64,000 bases of DNA, from positions 19,532,001-19,596,000 of the forward strand of contig CM052832.1 in the NCBI GenBank assembly GCA_028534125.1. Reading direction: 5' to 3'. The notes beneath the pieces are model-generated. The model saw nothing but the letters and a program-made list of their open reading frames with translations, was not told the DNA's origin and made no database searches. The DNA comes from Lama glama. Its lineage: Eukaryota. A program made the translations under genes and the position numbers. Each line of letters starts with the position of its first letter. The first letter of the stretch is position 1. Shown here one piece after another: positions 37,688-49,850 of the stretch.

Positions 37688-38319
37688 CCTGTCAATATGA
37701 GCATAAATTGTAGCGTGAAAACATGAAAGCTTTTGTAAATAAGGTGTCAGTCATTGTTTATAGTCAATTTCATGGTTGCTTAGTAATTAGGAGCAGAGGA
37801 ACAAGACTTGCCAGACAAATGCTTTGCCTCTCAAATTAATTTTGAAATAATGGCTTATAATTATTCAGCATTTATATGGCATTTTTATATGAATAAAATG
37901 CACACCAAATCCCACTCATTTTTATTAGTGATGATCATGTACGTCTCGGGATTTCAGTGTATTTGTGTTGACTGATGAATAAATTGCTGTCTCTATAGAA
38001 GTAAACAGAAATAACCTTAGGATATAACATTCCATTTTCCAATTTTTAGGTGCAAGCTTAGAAGACCCCGACTTTAGAATTCATTTGCATATTACTGTCA
38101 GTGGATTCAACTAAACCTTTACTAATTTGTTTGCATGTTTCAGAAATAAAGTTAGCATATTGATTAAAACTGATTTATTTGAATTTTGTTCCAGGACAAT
38201 TGAAGTCAAAATTGTGCACATAAGTAGCTTAGACAAGGTTTTTCGATTTAATGGATGCAAGTCTAGGTAGCTGTGGATATAGTTTTTTGGTAGTATGCCC
38301 TTTAGTCCCTACTTTTATG

Positions 38320-39148
38320 TGTTTTTGATGGGTACAATTTTGTACCCAACACCAATTTTTTTTTTTCCCTTCACACCAAGCAATTCTGACAGTAACTGTA
38401 TCTTACAATTCAACTCAATACTGACACTATCTACCTGGAGGTACTATCAGAACTTAGAGGTTAAGGGTTCCATCCTGTAAGTCTCCCCTAGCCCTACCCT
38501 ACTTCAGAGGCCATTTAAAAATCCAGGTTATCACCTGTGATTCTCACCCACTGGCTGTACATTGGAGATTCCAAAAACCTGCTCCTTGGGTTCCATTAAT
38601 TTGCTCAAGTGGCTCACAGAACTGGGAGAAACATTTTACTTACCATGTTGTGTTTATTATAAATGGTTTGAACTCAGGAACAGCCAGATGGAAGAGATGC
38701 ATAGGGCAAACTATGGAAAGGGCTCAGAACTTTCATGACCTGAGTACACCACTCTCCCTAAATTTCCATGTGTTCACCAACCCAGAAGTTCTTTGAACCT
38801 TGTTCTTTTTTGTTTTTATGGAGGCTTCCTTATATAGTCACGATTGATTAAATCATTGGTCACTGAGGATTGATTCAACTCCCACCCTCTCTTCCCTCCC
38901 TGGAGGTTGATGTGAAGGGGTAGGACTGAAAATTCCAACCATCTAATCACATGGTTGGGCCTTTGTGGCAGCAGCCCCTATCCTTAGGTTACCTAGGGGC
39001 TTTCCAAAGGTCATCTCATTAACATAACAGAAGGATGTCTTTGCGGCTCTCCTCACTTAGATAATTCCAAAAGTTTTAGGAGCTCTGAGCCAAAAATGGG
39101 GATGAAAGCCAAATATATATATTTCTTATTATAAATTATAATGTCACA
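38320..39148 (-). mobile_element. MER21-type solo LTR
   Basis: The right end 'ccaaatatatatatttcttattataaattataatgtcaca' is the reverse complement of the MER21 start; also 'ttaatttgctcaagtggctcacagaact', 'caggaacagccagatggaagagatgcatagggcaa'. Confidence 0.88.
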
Positions 39149-39691
39149 GTGGGGATATTATAAATGATAATACATATTAATAGTACCTTTCAAGGATCTC
39201 TTTCTTAAAAGAGGAGTCCATATTAGAATTGTGGGCTTCTTGGAAACCCATGATAGGTCATGCCCAGAAAATGGTAATTGGTGAAGCACTTTCTGCTTGG
39301 GAGGAGATAATAACTGCTCTGCTGGTCAATAAGCAGTTAAAATGTTAGAAAAACCAGTAGTTTAATATATTTCTCAAATAGTTGTTTCTTTCATTTCCAT
39401 ATTGCTTTTCTCTTTTACCAGCACAAGCAGGAGGGTTCACAGTTCTCCCTTTGGTCCTGTCTTGTTTATCTAGTTGGTTGGAGAACATGAGAAAGGGAAG
39501 AGAAAGTACAGTCTAAGTTAGCTGAGGACACCAGTCCTCTGGAGGATAGGATTAGCATTTAATTAGAGGTTAGAAATGAATAGAACTAAGTTCAATTCCT
39601 GCCAAGTGTATCTTATTTGTATGGAGAGGATCAGCAAAATCTTTACAAAATGAGGTTCAAAAATACTTAGAAAAGATGGAAGAGTTATTAG

Positions 39692-39847
39692 AACACTTGT
39701 GATGGCATTTAGGACCCACCCAGATAATCTAGGGTCATTTCCACACCAATATCTTTAACTTAATCACATGTGCAAAGACCCTTTTTCCAAATATGGTTCC
39801 AGGGATTAGGATGTGGACACCTTTGGGGGGCCATTTTCTAGCCTACA
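39692..39847 (-). mobile_element. MLT1 (MaLR) LTR fragment
   Basis: 'ggacccacccagataatctagg...ttaacttaatcacatgtgcaaagaccctttttccaaata...gggattaggatgtggacacctttggggggcc'. Confidence 0.85.
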
Positions 39848-40119
39848 ATGAATACCATCATGCTGAACCTCTTTTTCTACAAAGGAAAAAAAAGAAGCCC
39901 TGAGGAAGTAAGTTAGTCTCTGGGAATGGGTTTATACTTTTAGAATGAATAGTTGGAACAAGAAGACTTCTTTCAGGCCCTACTGTAGTGGAAGGGACTC
40001 TAACTTCTTGCTGGTGATTTATATAGTTGACATTGGGAGGCAGTAAATACAGGATGTTATAATGATCTTTCTCAAATTTTGCTTTATTTGAATCTTTGTT
40101 CTAATCTGTTCATTTATAT

Positions 40120-40356
40120 CAGGTTTTCTCAACACTGGCACTACTGACATTTGGAATGGATAATTCTTTCTTGGTTGGTGGGGTTGAGGATGGGGCTGTC
40201 CTCTGCATTGTAGGGTGTTTATCAGCATTTCTGGCCTCTACCCACTAGATGTCAGTAACGTGACTTTACCCAGTTTTGAAAACAAAAAGTTTCTCCAGAC
40301 TTTACAAAATGCCTTTGGGAGGAGGTGCTAAATCACTACCAGTTGTGAAACTACTG
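40120..40356 (+). mobile_element. MER20 hAT-Charlie MITE
   Basis: 'ttctcaacactggcactactgacatttgg...ggggctgtcctctgcattgtagggtgtttatcagcatttctggcctctacccactagatg...ccagttgtgaaactactg'. Confidence 0.92.
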
Positions 40357-40609
40357 ACTTCTCTGAAAACATTAAAATTCAAGTTTTTAAAATTTTTTTC
40401 TTTTAACCTTATCATCTGTCAGTTTGATCAATATCATTCTCATAACCAAATATTAAAATGTAAATGCCATAATAATATTAGAAAAAGGACAGGACTATAG
40501 TCAAAACACTGCAGATCACCATTACCTTCTTCCTGATGGACCATAAATCTTTTTGGAGCCAACTGCCAAGGTGCCTTTCAATATCATCATCTAGTTTTCT
40601 TTGTTTATA

Positions 40610-40800
40610 AGAGTATTTGGAGAGTGTCAAATGCCTTGCTGAAATCCAGATTCTAAGTCTGACACAAATTAATGATAATTCTTTAAACAAAAGGGATAGA
40701 ATGCATTTGACTAATCTTTGGCCTGTTCTTTCACCTGGTAATTGTGCTTTTCTTTTTGAAGAGCTCACAAATCACCCTATTACTCATCTGTTCTAGAGTC
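40610..40800 (-). mobile_element. CR1/L3 LINE fragment
   Basis: 'gagagtgtcaaatgccttgctgaaatccagat' resembles antisense CR1/L3 reverse-transcriptase sequence. Confidence 0.55.
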
Positions 40801-41049
40801 CTTTGGTGCTTACATTTGAACTCATGGAATTCATAGAACCAGCCTTTCTCCTTTCAAAATATTTGTCTGTTTGCATTCTTTTGTTATTTAATCCTTTAAT
40901 GCATAATACTTAAAACATACGGACCCATAAATACAAGATTATATCTATAATTTCTCTTAACATCTGAATATATATATTTCTATCTCTGTATCTACAGCTA
41001 TATCTATGTAGGAGACTTTAACATCTTTGAATCAGTGAAAGACTTTCTT

Positions 41050-42051
41050 AGTGCCAGAATTACATATCTAACTGCCAGTTTGACATCTCCACTTGGATGT
41101 CCCAAACATAACCCAGACTATCTCGAACTCATGATTTCTAGCCCCAACTGTGGCCTTCACTGTTTATTAGTTTGTTGAAGGGCACCACCATCTGGTCAGT
41201 TCTGCAAACTGGGATGCTAGAAAATAGTCATGGATTCTTACTCTATATCCAATCCATCAAAAAATTCAATGGATTATACCTTATAAAAATACTTTTCACA
41301 TTTTCCCCTCCCCCTTCTCCCACAACATTTCAAAGTACCTCATATCTCACCTAGGCTAGTACAATAGCTTCCTAATTGGGCACCAGGAGCCTAATCCTGA
41401 TAAGTACAGCGGTCTTTTTGAGATATAAATCTGAATTATATTATCCCATCAACAAATTCCCTTTGTTCTGGGGTAAAAGTCAAAATCTTGACCATGGCTT
41501 GGATAGTGAAGTCCAGGGGCCCTGTCTACCTCCACAGCTGCATTGCACTCTGCCCTACTCTGTACAGCCCTTGAGCAGACACAACTTGCTTCCCTGTTAA
41601 GAGGCTCTCACATTCATAATTCCCTCTGCTGGACAGGCTCTTCTCTGCCATGCTTTTAACCTCATTTGACACCCACTCATCCTCAGATCCCAGCTGAATC
41701 AACCCTCCCCAGGAAGATTTTCCCAAGCACTTCCTCTCACAATCTTTTGTTCCTCTAAATCAAATCCTTCCAATATATGCTGTCATGGCACTGTAAACTT
41801 CTCCTTCATAGAATTTTGGAAATACAATTTTACATTTGTTTGGGTGACAATTGAATTACTATGTCTTCTACACGAAATTGGTAAACTTTTTGAAGAAACA
41901 GGTGCCGTCTGGTTTTGCTCACTTTTAGACCCTTGTCATATTTTTATTTACTGTGCCATGTTTATGTCACTTTCATACCTCTTGCAAAGTATCTAGCATA
42001 TTGCATGAGCTTAATATTTTATTTGATGAACAAGTGAAAGAATGGATGAAT
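41050..42051 (+). mobile_element. L2 LINE 3' part
   Basis: 'acatatctaactgccagtttgacatctccacttggatgtc', 'tacaatagcttcctaattgg', tail 'tttgatgaacaagtgaaagaatggatgaat'. Confidence 0.85.
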
Positions 42052-42157
42052 ACATCTACCCTTTTAAGACGAAAGATGAAATTCTTCAACAGAGAATAAG
42101 GAATGAAATCTCAGCTGTTTTTGCTTCCTCTTGTCCCATTAATATAAAACCATCTGC

Positions 42158-43230
42158 ACAGTGAAAGAAACCATCAACAACGTGAAAAGGCAACCCACTG
42201 AATGGGAGAAGATATTTGAAAATGTCTGATAAGGTGTTAATATTCAAAAATGTATAAAGAACTCATACAACTCAATATAAAAAAAGCAAAATAAAGCAAA
42301 ACAAAACAAAAACAACCAGAGTAAAAGATGGGCAGAGGAACTGAATAGGCATTTTCCCAAAGAAGACATACAGATGGCCAACAGGCACATAAAAAGATGC
42401 TCAAGATCACTAATTTTCAGGGAAACGCATGTCAAAACCACAATGAGATATCACCTCACATCTGTCAGTATGGGTGTCATTAAAAAGACAAGTGCTGGTG
42501 AGGATGTGGAGAAAAGAGAACCCTAGTATACCATGGGTGGGGATATAAATTGGCACAGCCACCATGGAAAACAGTATGGGGGTTCCTTAAAAAATTAAAA
42601 ATAGAACTACCATGTGACTCAGAAATTACATTCCTTGATGTTTATCTGAACAAAACAAAAACACTAATTTGAAAAGATATATGAACTTCCATGTTCATTG
42701 CAGTATTATTTACAATAGCCAAAACTTGGAAGCAACCTAAGTGTTCATCAACAGATGGATGGATAAAGATGTTTTATATATAATGGAATATTTTTCAGCC
42801 ATAAAAAAGAGTGACATTCTGCCATTTGAAACAACATTATTTGAAGTGTATTATACTTAGTGAAGTAAGTCTGGTAGAGAAAGACAAATACAGTATGTTT
42901 TCACTTATATGTGGAATCTAAAAAATGAAGCAAATGAGTGAATATAACAGAGCAGAAACTCACAGATACACAGAACAAACTGGTAGTTACCAGAGGGTCG
43001 AAGGGTAGGGTAAGAGGCAAAGTAGGTAAAGGTGATTAAGAGATACAAACTATTAGATATAAAGTAAGTAAGTTACAAGGGAGTAATGTATAGCACAGGG
43101 AATGTAGCCAATATGTTATAATAATTTTTTATGGAGTAAAATCCATGAAAATATTGAATCACTATGTTGTACACCTGAAACTAATATTATGTTATTAGTC
43201 AACTAAACTTTAAAAAATAAATAAAATAAA
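42158..43230 (+). mobile_element. LINE-1, 5'-truncated (ORF2 end, 3'UTR, A-rich tail)
   Basis: 'aaaggcaacccactgaatgggagaagatatttg', 'ggaagcaacctaagtgttcatcaacagatggatggataaag', tail; probable TSD ATAAAACCATCTGC (42144-42157) / ATAAAACCCTTTGC (43226-43239). Confidence 0.93.
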
Positions 43231-43289
43231 ACCCTTTGCTTTTAAAAATGGATAAAACCCTCATTCCTTTTTGTTATAGATTAATTTCA

Positions 43290-43600
43290 AAAGCCACTTA
43301 ATGTTATTAGCTATTTATAGTTATTTTTTATTACTGTTATTGGTGACTTTTTTTTTTTTTTGCAGCCTGTTAGGATTATACTTAAGCACTTTGTCTTCTT
43401 TGAAGAGATTGTAAATGATACTTTGTTTTTCAATTTTGTTTTCTGTGTGGTCATTATGAGTGTAAGAAATGTGATTGATTCTTGTGTGTTGATCTCATAT
43501 CCTGAGGCCTTGCTAAGTATTACTTCTTGAGCTTTTTTTTTTTTTTTTTTGATATATCCCTTGTGATTTTCTCCGTAGACAGTCGTGCAATGGCTTTTTC
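43290..43600 (-). mobile_element. LINE-1 ORF2 fragment
   Basis: 'gtaagaaatgtgattgattcttgtgtgttgatctcatatcctgaggccttgctaa...ttttctccgtagacagtc'. Confidence 0.75.
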
Positions 43601-45143
43601 TGCAGTTATGTGTTTTTTGATCAGCTGGATTGTGGAGGCCTTTGGGCACTGTATGCTTGTATGCTACACAAGTCGTAGGGGTTTAATATGCATTTAAGTA
43701 TGAAACGTTCCCCACCGTTAGCCCTGGGATCTGTGAAGCTCAGTGATGTTAAATAATACCTCACTTTGTTCTTCTATTTTTCCTCTTTCTTTTTCCTGAA
43801 AGAGCTAATTCACATTGTATTTATCTACATGCCGAAACTCCTGTTTTTCTTTGAAGTGCGGTGCATTTAATCTATTTAGAACAGTTCTAATTTATTTACA
43901 ACTTCAAGAGAACGATGCCTTAGAACAGACTGAAATTGGGATTTAATGAATGTCTTTACACAGTTGTTGGATACTAACCTCTTTTAACTACCAGAGAAAT
44001 GCCTATATATCTGAATCCATTTAGAGTCTTTAGCAGGTACACAAAGTGCTGGAAATGTTTTTTTTTTTCTTTTCCTTTGTGACACAGGCAATAATTAAAG
44101 TTCTAAAAGCTGTGCATTGGCTCTTTTTCTTAGTTCACTTGGCATTAAGTGTCTTTCTGTACTTATGGTTTGCTTCCTCCATGGGAAGCTCTCCTCCCTA
44201 GACCAGACTTGGGGCAAAGCAAGTGTACTGCAGTCTCTGAAGGGAGTTGCAGTTAAGAACTGAGACTTCCCAGCACCCACCCTCCAGCCATGATCTTTCA
44301 CATATTTACATTTCTACCTGCAGTACCTTCATACCCTGGTCTCTTTATCTGAGGCCTTGCACCTCCTCTGTAGGTGTCCCAGCCTAGGTCTCCTAACAGG
44401 AAAGGAAGGAGAAAACCTCGAAGACACTTTTCCCCGCTATGACTCAGTCCACTCCTAACCTGCCCTGCTTGCCCCCTGCATCCCACCTTAGAGTCCATAG
44501 AACAAAAGTCAGGAAACGATGAGAGGACCCCATATCTGTGCTGCTCAACCTGTACACTGTTCCATGGGGAAAAATGGAACAAGGGCAGTCACTGCTTTCT
44601 CTGGTTTTAGACTCTGGCTTATGCCAACATAGTAGTGAAAATGCTTGACTCTTTCATTTTTGGCTTGATGCAAAACTCTTTGGCTAAGGTATTTGGAGGG
44701 TCTATACAGATTTTGCCAATTGAATCTTAATAATGCTGTTGGTATGTTCAATTAAACCAGAAGATGAGGGTAGTAAGCACAGTGAAAGTGTTGTAAAACT
44801 GGCCAAACAGCACAGACTTGTTTAAGTACTTGTCCAATAAAGTGAATTCCTCAATCATTATGAAGTTTGAGAGTTCCTCAGGTAGTGATAATTTTTTTTT
44901 CCAAAAGAACTTTAGCCACAGAAGAGGCAGTAGCCTATCTACAAGGGATGGCTTCAGCCCAGTGTGAAAACATGAAGACTATGACTGAAAACAAAGTTAT
45001 ATCCATGAGATGGAGGAAACTGTAAGAAATCCATTTGTCAGACCTCGAATGGTCCATCAGGCAGATTAAAATGTCTGAGTGGAGAATGAGCAGGATTGTA
45101 CTCCAGAAAAGTGGTAAAAGTGATGCAGGCACTTTTTATGGCC

Positions 45144-45725
45144 TTTTTTTTTTNNNNNNNNNNNNNNNNNNNNNNNNNNNNNNNNNNNNNNNNNNNNNNN
45201 NNNNNNNNNNNNNNNNNNNNNNNNNNNNNNNNNNNNNNNNNNNNNNNNNNNNNNNNNNNNNNNNNNNNNNNNNNNNNNNNNNNNNNNNNNNNNNNNNNNN
45301 NNNNNNNNNNNNNNNNNNNNNNNNNNNNNNNNNNNNNNNNNNNNNNNNNNNNNNNNNNNNNNNNNNNNNNNNNNNNNNNNNNNNNNNNNNNNNNNNNNNN
45401 NNNNNNNNNNNNNNNNNNNNNNNNNNNNNNNNNNNNNNNNNNNNNNNNNNNNNNNNNNNNNNNNNNNNNNNNNNNNNNNNNNNNNNNNNNNNNNNNNNNN
45501 NNNNNNNNNNNNNNNNNNNNNNNNNNNNNNNNNNNNNNNNNNNNNNNNNNNNNNNNNNNNNNNNNNNNNNNNNNNNNNNNNNNNNNNNNNNNNNNNNNNN
45601 NNNNNNNNNNNNNNNNNNNNNNNNNNNNNNNNNNNNNNNNNNNNNNNNNNNNNTTTTTTTCTTATTGAGTCGTATGAGCTGCTTATTTTTGGAGATCAAG
45701 CCTTTGTCGGTTTCACTTGCAAAAA
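45144..45725 (-). mobile_element. Young LINE-1, mostly hidden in the N gap
   Basis: Poly(T) enters the gap and 'ttattgagtcgtatgagctgcttatttttggagatcaagcctttgtcggtttcacttgcaaa' (antisense ORF2 end) exits it. Continuity across the gap is inferred. Confidence 0.6.
45154..45653. other. Assembly gap (500 N)
   Basis: Run of N. Confidence 1.
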
Positions 45726-45789
45726 AGTATGTTATTATTTTTAAAGAGTCTTGTTTCAATGCTTATTTCAATCTTGTGATTTGTTAATT

Positions 45790-48700
45790 TATGCTTTTTC
45801 TTTCGCTTTATTGAGTTAGCTAGTGTTTGTTTATTTTGTTAAATTTAAAAAATTAACATTTAGTATGTTATCATTCTTTTGCTCTTTTGTTTCTGCTCTC
45901 TTATTCATTGTTTCCTTTAATTTGATTCATTTTGGTTTTTTTTTTTAGCTTTTTGAGTTGGGAATTTAATTCATTTATTTTCATCCTTTAATTTTTTTTA
46001 ATAAAAGTATTCATTAGAAATTTTGTAATTTTAGTTTTTATTCTTTGTTTAACCAAGAGTTATCTAATAGAAAAAAATCCAGGTGACAGACTTTTAAAAA
46101 TTTTTAAATTAATTTTATTGTAGTTTGGCTGCAGCCTTTTCATAATATTTTTACTTTATGAACTTAACAGTGCTTTCTTCTTAATGTAAAAAAGGGCAAT
46201 TTTTATAAATGTTCTATATGCACTTGAGATACAGTTATATTCTATATTATTAGAGTGTAAAGTTCAATATATATTCATAAGATTGCTGTTATTGGTTATG
46301 TTGTTTAGGTTTATCTATATCCTATTTATTTTTGCCTTTTTGAATTGTCTTGTATGAGAATAATGTGATAAAGTCTTTCATTATTTATGTTGCTTTTCAT
46401 GTCTACTGGCATCTCTTGTAGCTTCTGTTTTTACAAAAGTGGTTGCTTTATTAAAAAGCTGTTGATTTATGAATACATCAATATTCATAACTGTTTTATC
46501 TTCAACATAAAGTAGTATTAAATCTGTCCCTTTTAGTATTAAAATGTGTCCCTCTTAATAATATTAATGCTTTTTGATGGAATTCTACTTTATCTGACAT
46601 TAGGATTATGGCTTTTGCTTTCTTATTGTTTGCACTTGTGGTTACACCTTTATGCATCTCTGTACAGTTACTCTTACTGAATTTGCTTTGGGTGTGTCTT
46701 TTGTAAGCAGTATATAGTTGGAGTTTTCTTTATGAGGCAAGTGGAAAATTCTTTTTCTTTTAATAGATGAGTTCAGACCATTCAATTTTATTGATTCTGT
46801 CATATAAATTGGTATGTTTCTTATCTTATATTCTCTATATGATTAAAAACTTTTTTTTTTGGTGGGAGAGGTAATTAGGTTTATTTATTTTAATGGAGGT
46901 ACTAGGGATTGAACCTGGGACCTCACATATCCTAAGCATGCACTCTACCACTAAGCTATACCCTCCCCACTCTATATGATTGTTTTCTGTACTTTTTCTA
47001 AAGTTTTATTTGAAATCTACAAAATTTTGGGTTTACAGTTATCTATGTATTTGTACTTCAAAAAAAATCCCTTCTTTCCTGTTTCATTTAATCTTTAATA
47101 TGTAGTTCATCACTTTTTAAAGTGTTCTTTGACTCCCACTTATTGACAGGATCAATGACCTTTTTCTACTTCTCCTATCTCCCTCTACTTTTACTTTATA
47201 AAAATAATAATTGTAAAATTCTTTTTAGTCTATTTATTGTTTATATTACTCTGCCACCCTTTTTGCTATCCTTATTATTAGATCTACTATTAAATTTATA
47301 GCCTTTTTACTAATATAATTAATTTATATCCATTATTTTACTTTTATTTATAGAAGTGTTTTAGGCTATGAATTTTCTTCTGATCATTGCTTTAAATGTA
47401 ATCAGAATTTGATATGTAATGTATTGATTATTCTCATTCTTTAAAAATTTGGAGACTTTGGACTAGATTTCTTCAGGCATTTCTTGGTTGGATAAAATTC
47501 ATCTATAAGAAAAGCTCATGGATACTGCATTTTCTGAGTTCTTTCAAATTTAAACTCTAATTCTGTAGCCTTGATAGTTAAAAGACAGCAAGATTGAATA
47601 CAATATTATTGGTTCACACTTTATTTTCTTGATCTTCTTGTAAATTCTATTTTATTATTGCCTTGCTTTGCATATTGGTTTTGAGAAATACGATGCTAGT
47701 CAAATTCTCTTGCCCCTATAAATTATTTTTTCTAGAAGCCCTGAAGATTTTTTAATTTCTAAATTTGAATTTTTTTATTTGTATAAGGTTTAGGATTGAT
47801 CTTTCTAGATCAATTTTCCCAGTATTTAGTTAGCTCTTATAATATGTAAATTCAGGTCTTTTATTTTTGGGAAGTTTTCTTGAATTATAGTATAAAATAA
47901 TAGTTCTTTTTCACCACATTGTTTTTCTTCCTTAGGGTCTCCACTTATACTTATGTTGACTTTTCATTGCCTATTTTTAAATTTCAACCAATTTCTTTCT
48001 GACTCCTTTTACTTCTCTAAAAAAATCTTTTAAAATCTCTTTGTTATTTTCCTACTTTTCTTTAATGCTTCTTCTCATTAAATTTTTATTCAAATCTATT
48101 TTGAGTACTACATAGGCACCATATACATGAGCCTATTTTAGGGTATGGTTTTATCTTCTCTTTCTTTCCTGAAGTCAACCAACTCTTGTTTCATTTCATC
48201 TTGCTTTATTCTCGATTTTGGTTCTTAGATTTTGGATTTTTAATTTTATATGTCTTTTTGGATCTCTCATTGAGAACAAATGATTCAATTTTGCTTTCTG
48301 TGTTACACTTTTCTTCAAATTCATGATTATTTATTTGTGAGAATTTTATCAGCTGAAATTTTAAATTTAAATTTTCTGTTTTCTTTTCATAGTAGCTTTG
48401 TATAGAAGAAAATGGCACGTATCTATATATTTGTTTGATTGACTTGGCAGATTACAGTATTTTTCTTAGATTTCTTGTCCAAGTTTGCCATCTTCTGTCA
48501 GAGTAGAAGATTGCAGTTTCTTTAATAGGTGGCATGAATGCGTGGCTGGGAGGGCCAGTAAGGTGTAGGGTTGTATGTAGGGTTTTTTTCCTTTTAAAAT
48601 ATTGTCTGAAAGAATCCTAAAGTAACCATCTTCATTTTTTCCCCCACCAGTCTCCATTGGGCATGTCTTTCTTTCTCTTTTATTTTACTTTCTTTCAGAA

Positions 48701-49100
48701 TGTTTCCTTTCAAATTGTCTCCTTAAGCACTACATCCAATTTTAAGTCCCTTCCCTGTAGTTAGTGCTCAGGTCTTCCAGTGCTCTTTATCAGTATTTTA
48801 TCACTTAGGGTGATTTTAGCTTAATTAATCCTCTTTCTGTCTTCTGCATACTTTTTTAATATTCTTCTTTCTCTCCGATTCCCCCTGTCCCCACCTCTAA
48901 CTTTCTGAATAGGTGGGAGTTTTAGAGAAAACTTTGCTGGAAATTGGTACTTATTTTTCAAATACAGAAAAGTTAAAATAGTAGTGATTTTTACCTTCTA
49001 CATATGTTGAAAATATAATATTTGTATGGTTTTATTTGTGTTTGTTGATCTGTGTAGTTTTATTACGGGATGTGTGGTAAGATTCATATTTAGGTAGCTG
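45790..49100 (-). mobile_element. Ancient, highly degraded LINE-1
   Basis: Very T-rich block with 'tttgggtgtgtcttttgtaagcagtatatagttgg', 'ttattggttcacactttattttcttga', 'tttttgggaagttttcttgaatta'. Confidence 0.65.
46845..46968 (-). mobile_element. tRNA-derived camelid SINE (vic-1 type), full length
   Basis: The minus strand reads GGGGAGGGTATAGCTTAGTGGTAGAGTGCATGCTTAGG...GGTTCAATCCCTAGTACCTCCATTAAAATAAATAAACC...(A)10; 12-bp TSD CTCTATATGATT at 46833-46844 and 46970-46981. Confidence 0.92.
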
Positions 49101-49549
49101 CAATTACCTTGGCTCTCCAGAACCAGCACTCTTGAGACACAATGAGCTTCATAAATATTGCCTCTTTAGATTTTACCTGCAGTTTCTCTTTTGATAGACT
49201 CTGATATAATTTTCATGAGCTCTGTTTATGAAACTGGAGAAATTACTCAGGTGCCAAGTTGTGTTTGCTTTCTCCATTATCTCCTTTCAGGGATATGTGC
49301 AATTTTTCTTCCTTTATAAGCTTCAGACAAAACTCTACACCAACATATACAACCATGGTACAACAAAGCAGACAACAATAATGAGAGAAATCCCTCCAGT
49401 TCAAAACCTATATGCAAATCTCACCCACCAGTTCAGAAACACCCAGATACCTCTATATGCCAGTTTAGGCTGATGCTGGGCCCATGCTGTATAAAATCAT
49501 GTACCGCACCCTGACTGTGTGATAGACTCTTCCAGGATGTGTAGGGGGG

Positions 49550-49850
49550 TGGGGAATCAGTGACTGTCTTATAGAGAAGGTGACATTTGGCTTCCAACTT
49601 AAAAGGCAAGCTGGATTTTTCAAAGTAAACAGGAAAGGGAGAGGAAAAGCCCTTTAAAGCAGAAGTTTTACTTAATCAAAATCATGAAGGTATAAAACTC
49701 TTGAGCTGTTTGCACAGGTAATCTTAAGTGGCTTTAACTCACCTGTTTGATAGTACAGTGACAAGGGGTGAGAGGCCTGAGGGAAAGAAGTGATGAGAGA
49801 TGAGGCTGGAACAGTGGCTAGAGTCAAATTTGAAAAGCTTTGCTTGCCAC
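49550..49850 (-). mobile_element. L2 fragment
   Basis: 'agagaaggtgacatttgg', 'tgagagatgaggctggaacagtggctagagtcaaatttgaaaagctttg'. Confidence 0.55.

Noticed and set aside
42244..43649. ORFs with L1-like peptides (42244-42441, 43311-43649)
   Set aside because: They are decayed or antisense L1 ORF2 remnants, not host genes.
45035..45787. 190-250 aa ORFs, and the similar ORFs at 62662-63066
   Set aside because: Artefacts of N gaps, which contain no stop codons.
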